A stretch of DNA of 64,000 nt from the NCBI GenBank assembly GCA_963749655.1, contig CAVVOB010000024.1, forward strand, positions 32,001-96,000, read 5' to 3'. Below are positions 63,331-64,000 of the stretch, in pieces; position 1 is the first letter of the stretch; the number at the start of each line of letters is the position of its first letter. The DNA comes from Nitrospirota bacterium. GTDB taxonomy: Bacteria; Nitrospirota; UBA9217. The notes beneath the pieces were generated by a model that saw only the letters and a list, made by a program, of their open reading frames with translations, searched no databases and was not told where the DNA came from. The position numbers were made by a program, and so were the translations under genes.

Positions 63331-63993
63331 CTACCGAATGCGCTGTCCATAAACATAGTCCGCAAAACCGAAGAAATCCCACAATGCGCCGGCTAAAGCC
63401 CACCCCCGCAGCCAGGCATTCAGTACGGTAACGGGAGTCATGGCGATTCCCAACAGATTTTTCCTTCTCCCCCCCCTGATTATCCTACAGTTGTTTTGCA
63501 GCAGGGCATTTGCGACCTCTTTAAGATCATACACTCTTTTATGAGTGGCATCATCGCAAAAGTTCAAGGTACCGCCCATCGACGGGAGAGATAAGGATTT
63601 GATTGACGGAAACTCGATGTAAATGCGGCCGCCTTTTTTTAATTTTCTGCTTAGTTGTTCAACGACCTCCAGTCCGTTATCCAAGTGTTCTATCACATGA
63701 CAAAATAAAATTACGTCGAAAAAATCATTCGGAATATCCGTTAATGGGTCTTTTTCTAAATTTTTTCTATAAAAAGATTTCATGATCTGCAAATCCTGTT
63801 CGTCATTATTGTAAACATCCTTATCAACGCCGTAATATTCAACATCCGGGAAAAAATACTTTGCCCTCGATGGTGAGTGATTTCCGCATCCTACATCCAA
63901 CAGTGTAAATTTTCTCTTTTTATAGTCTTTATAAAAGATCTTTATTTTGGGTGAAAGATTGGCCTTAACGGACCTTATTACGGTAGGTATCAT
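63331..63993 (-). CDS. Class I SAM-dependent methyltransferase (AT-rich)
   Basis: LLDVGCG, FDVILFCHVIEHL, GGRIYIEFP. Confidence 0.85.
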   Translation of the reverse strand: MIPTVIRSVKANLSPKIKIFYKDYKKRKFTLLDVGCGNHSPSRAKYFFPDVEYYGVDKDVYNNDEQDLQIMKSFYRKNLEKDPLTDIPNDFFDVILFCHVIEHLDNGLEVVEQLSRKLKKGGRIYIEFPSIKSLSLPSMGGTLNFCDDATHKRVYDLKEVANALLQNNCRIIRGGRRKNLLGIAMTPVTVLNAWLRGWALAGALWDFFGFADYVYGQRIR

Positions 63994-64000
63994 ATGTTCT

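Overview
64-kb GC-rich bacterial chromosome segment; gene content and repeat families suggest a Nitrospirota/Desulfobacterota-like organism (inference only). Many essential genes (hisS, dnaB, rplI, mutS) carry single-base frameshifts, most simply long-read assembly errors, so split ORFs were joined by reading the sequence. From left to right: phosphohexomutase, metallophosphoesterase, hisS; an Mla-type ABC transporter directly downstream of a sigma-less Rsb-type partner-switching module; an M48 peptidase; a candidate ~240-nt structured sRNA with its own promoter, a lux-box-like operator and a terminator, immediately downstream of an atypical LuxR-family regulator; maf; two tandem type IV pilus minor-pilin/PilY1 clusters, each with an Ig-domain lipoprotein, one PilY1 carrying cysteine-rich modules inside its vWA region; AmmeMemoRadiSam protein B; two TPR-cNMP paralogs; dnaB, rplI, mutS, a degenerate family-4 UDG, nadK, tsaE, a CBS protein, nnr, acpS, pdxJ; an FlgT-like protein; a second orphan structured element; an orphan triple-CheW/TM/LysM fusion; a divergent folD; a patatin-GDPD-glpD lipid catabolic set; and a CDP-sugar/C-methyl-deoxysugar surface polysaccharide cluster. 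No rRNA, tRNA, CRISPR array or transposase was seen. The best candidates for novelty are the LuxR-operator-sRNA unit (8760-9751), the CheWx3-TM-LysM scaffold (44443-47042) and the structured element at 44082-44345.
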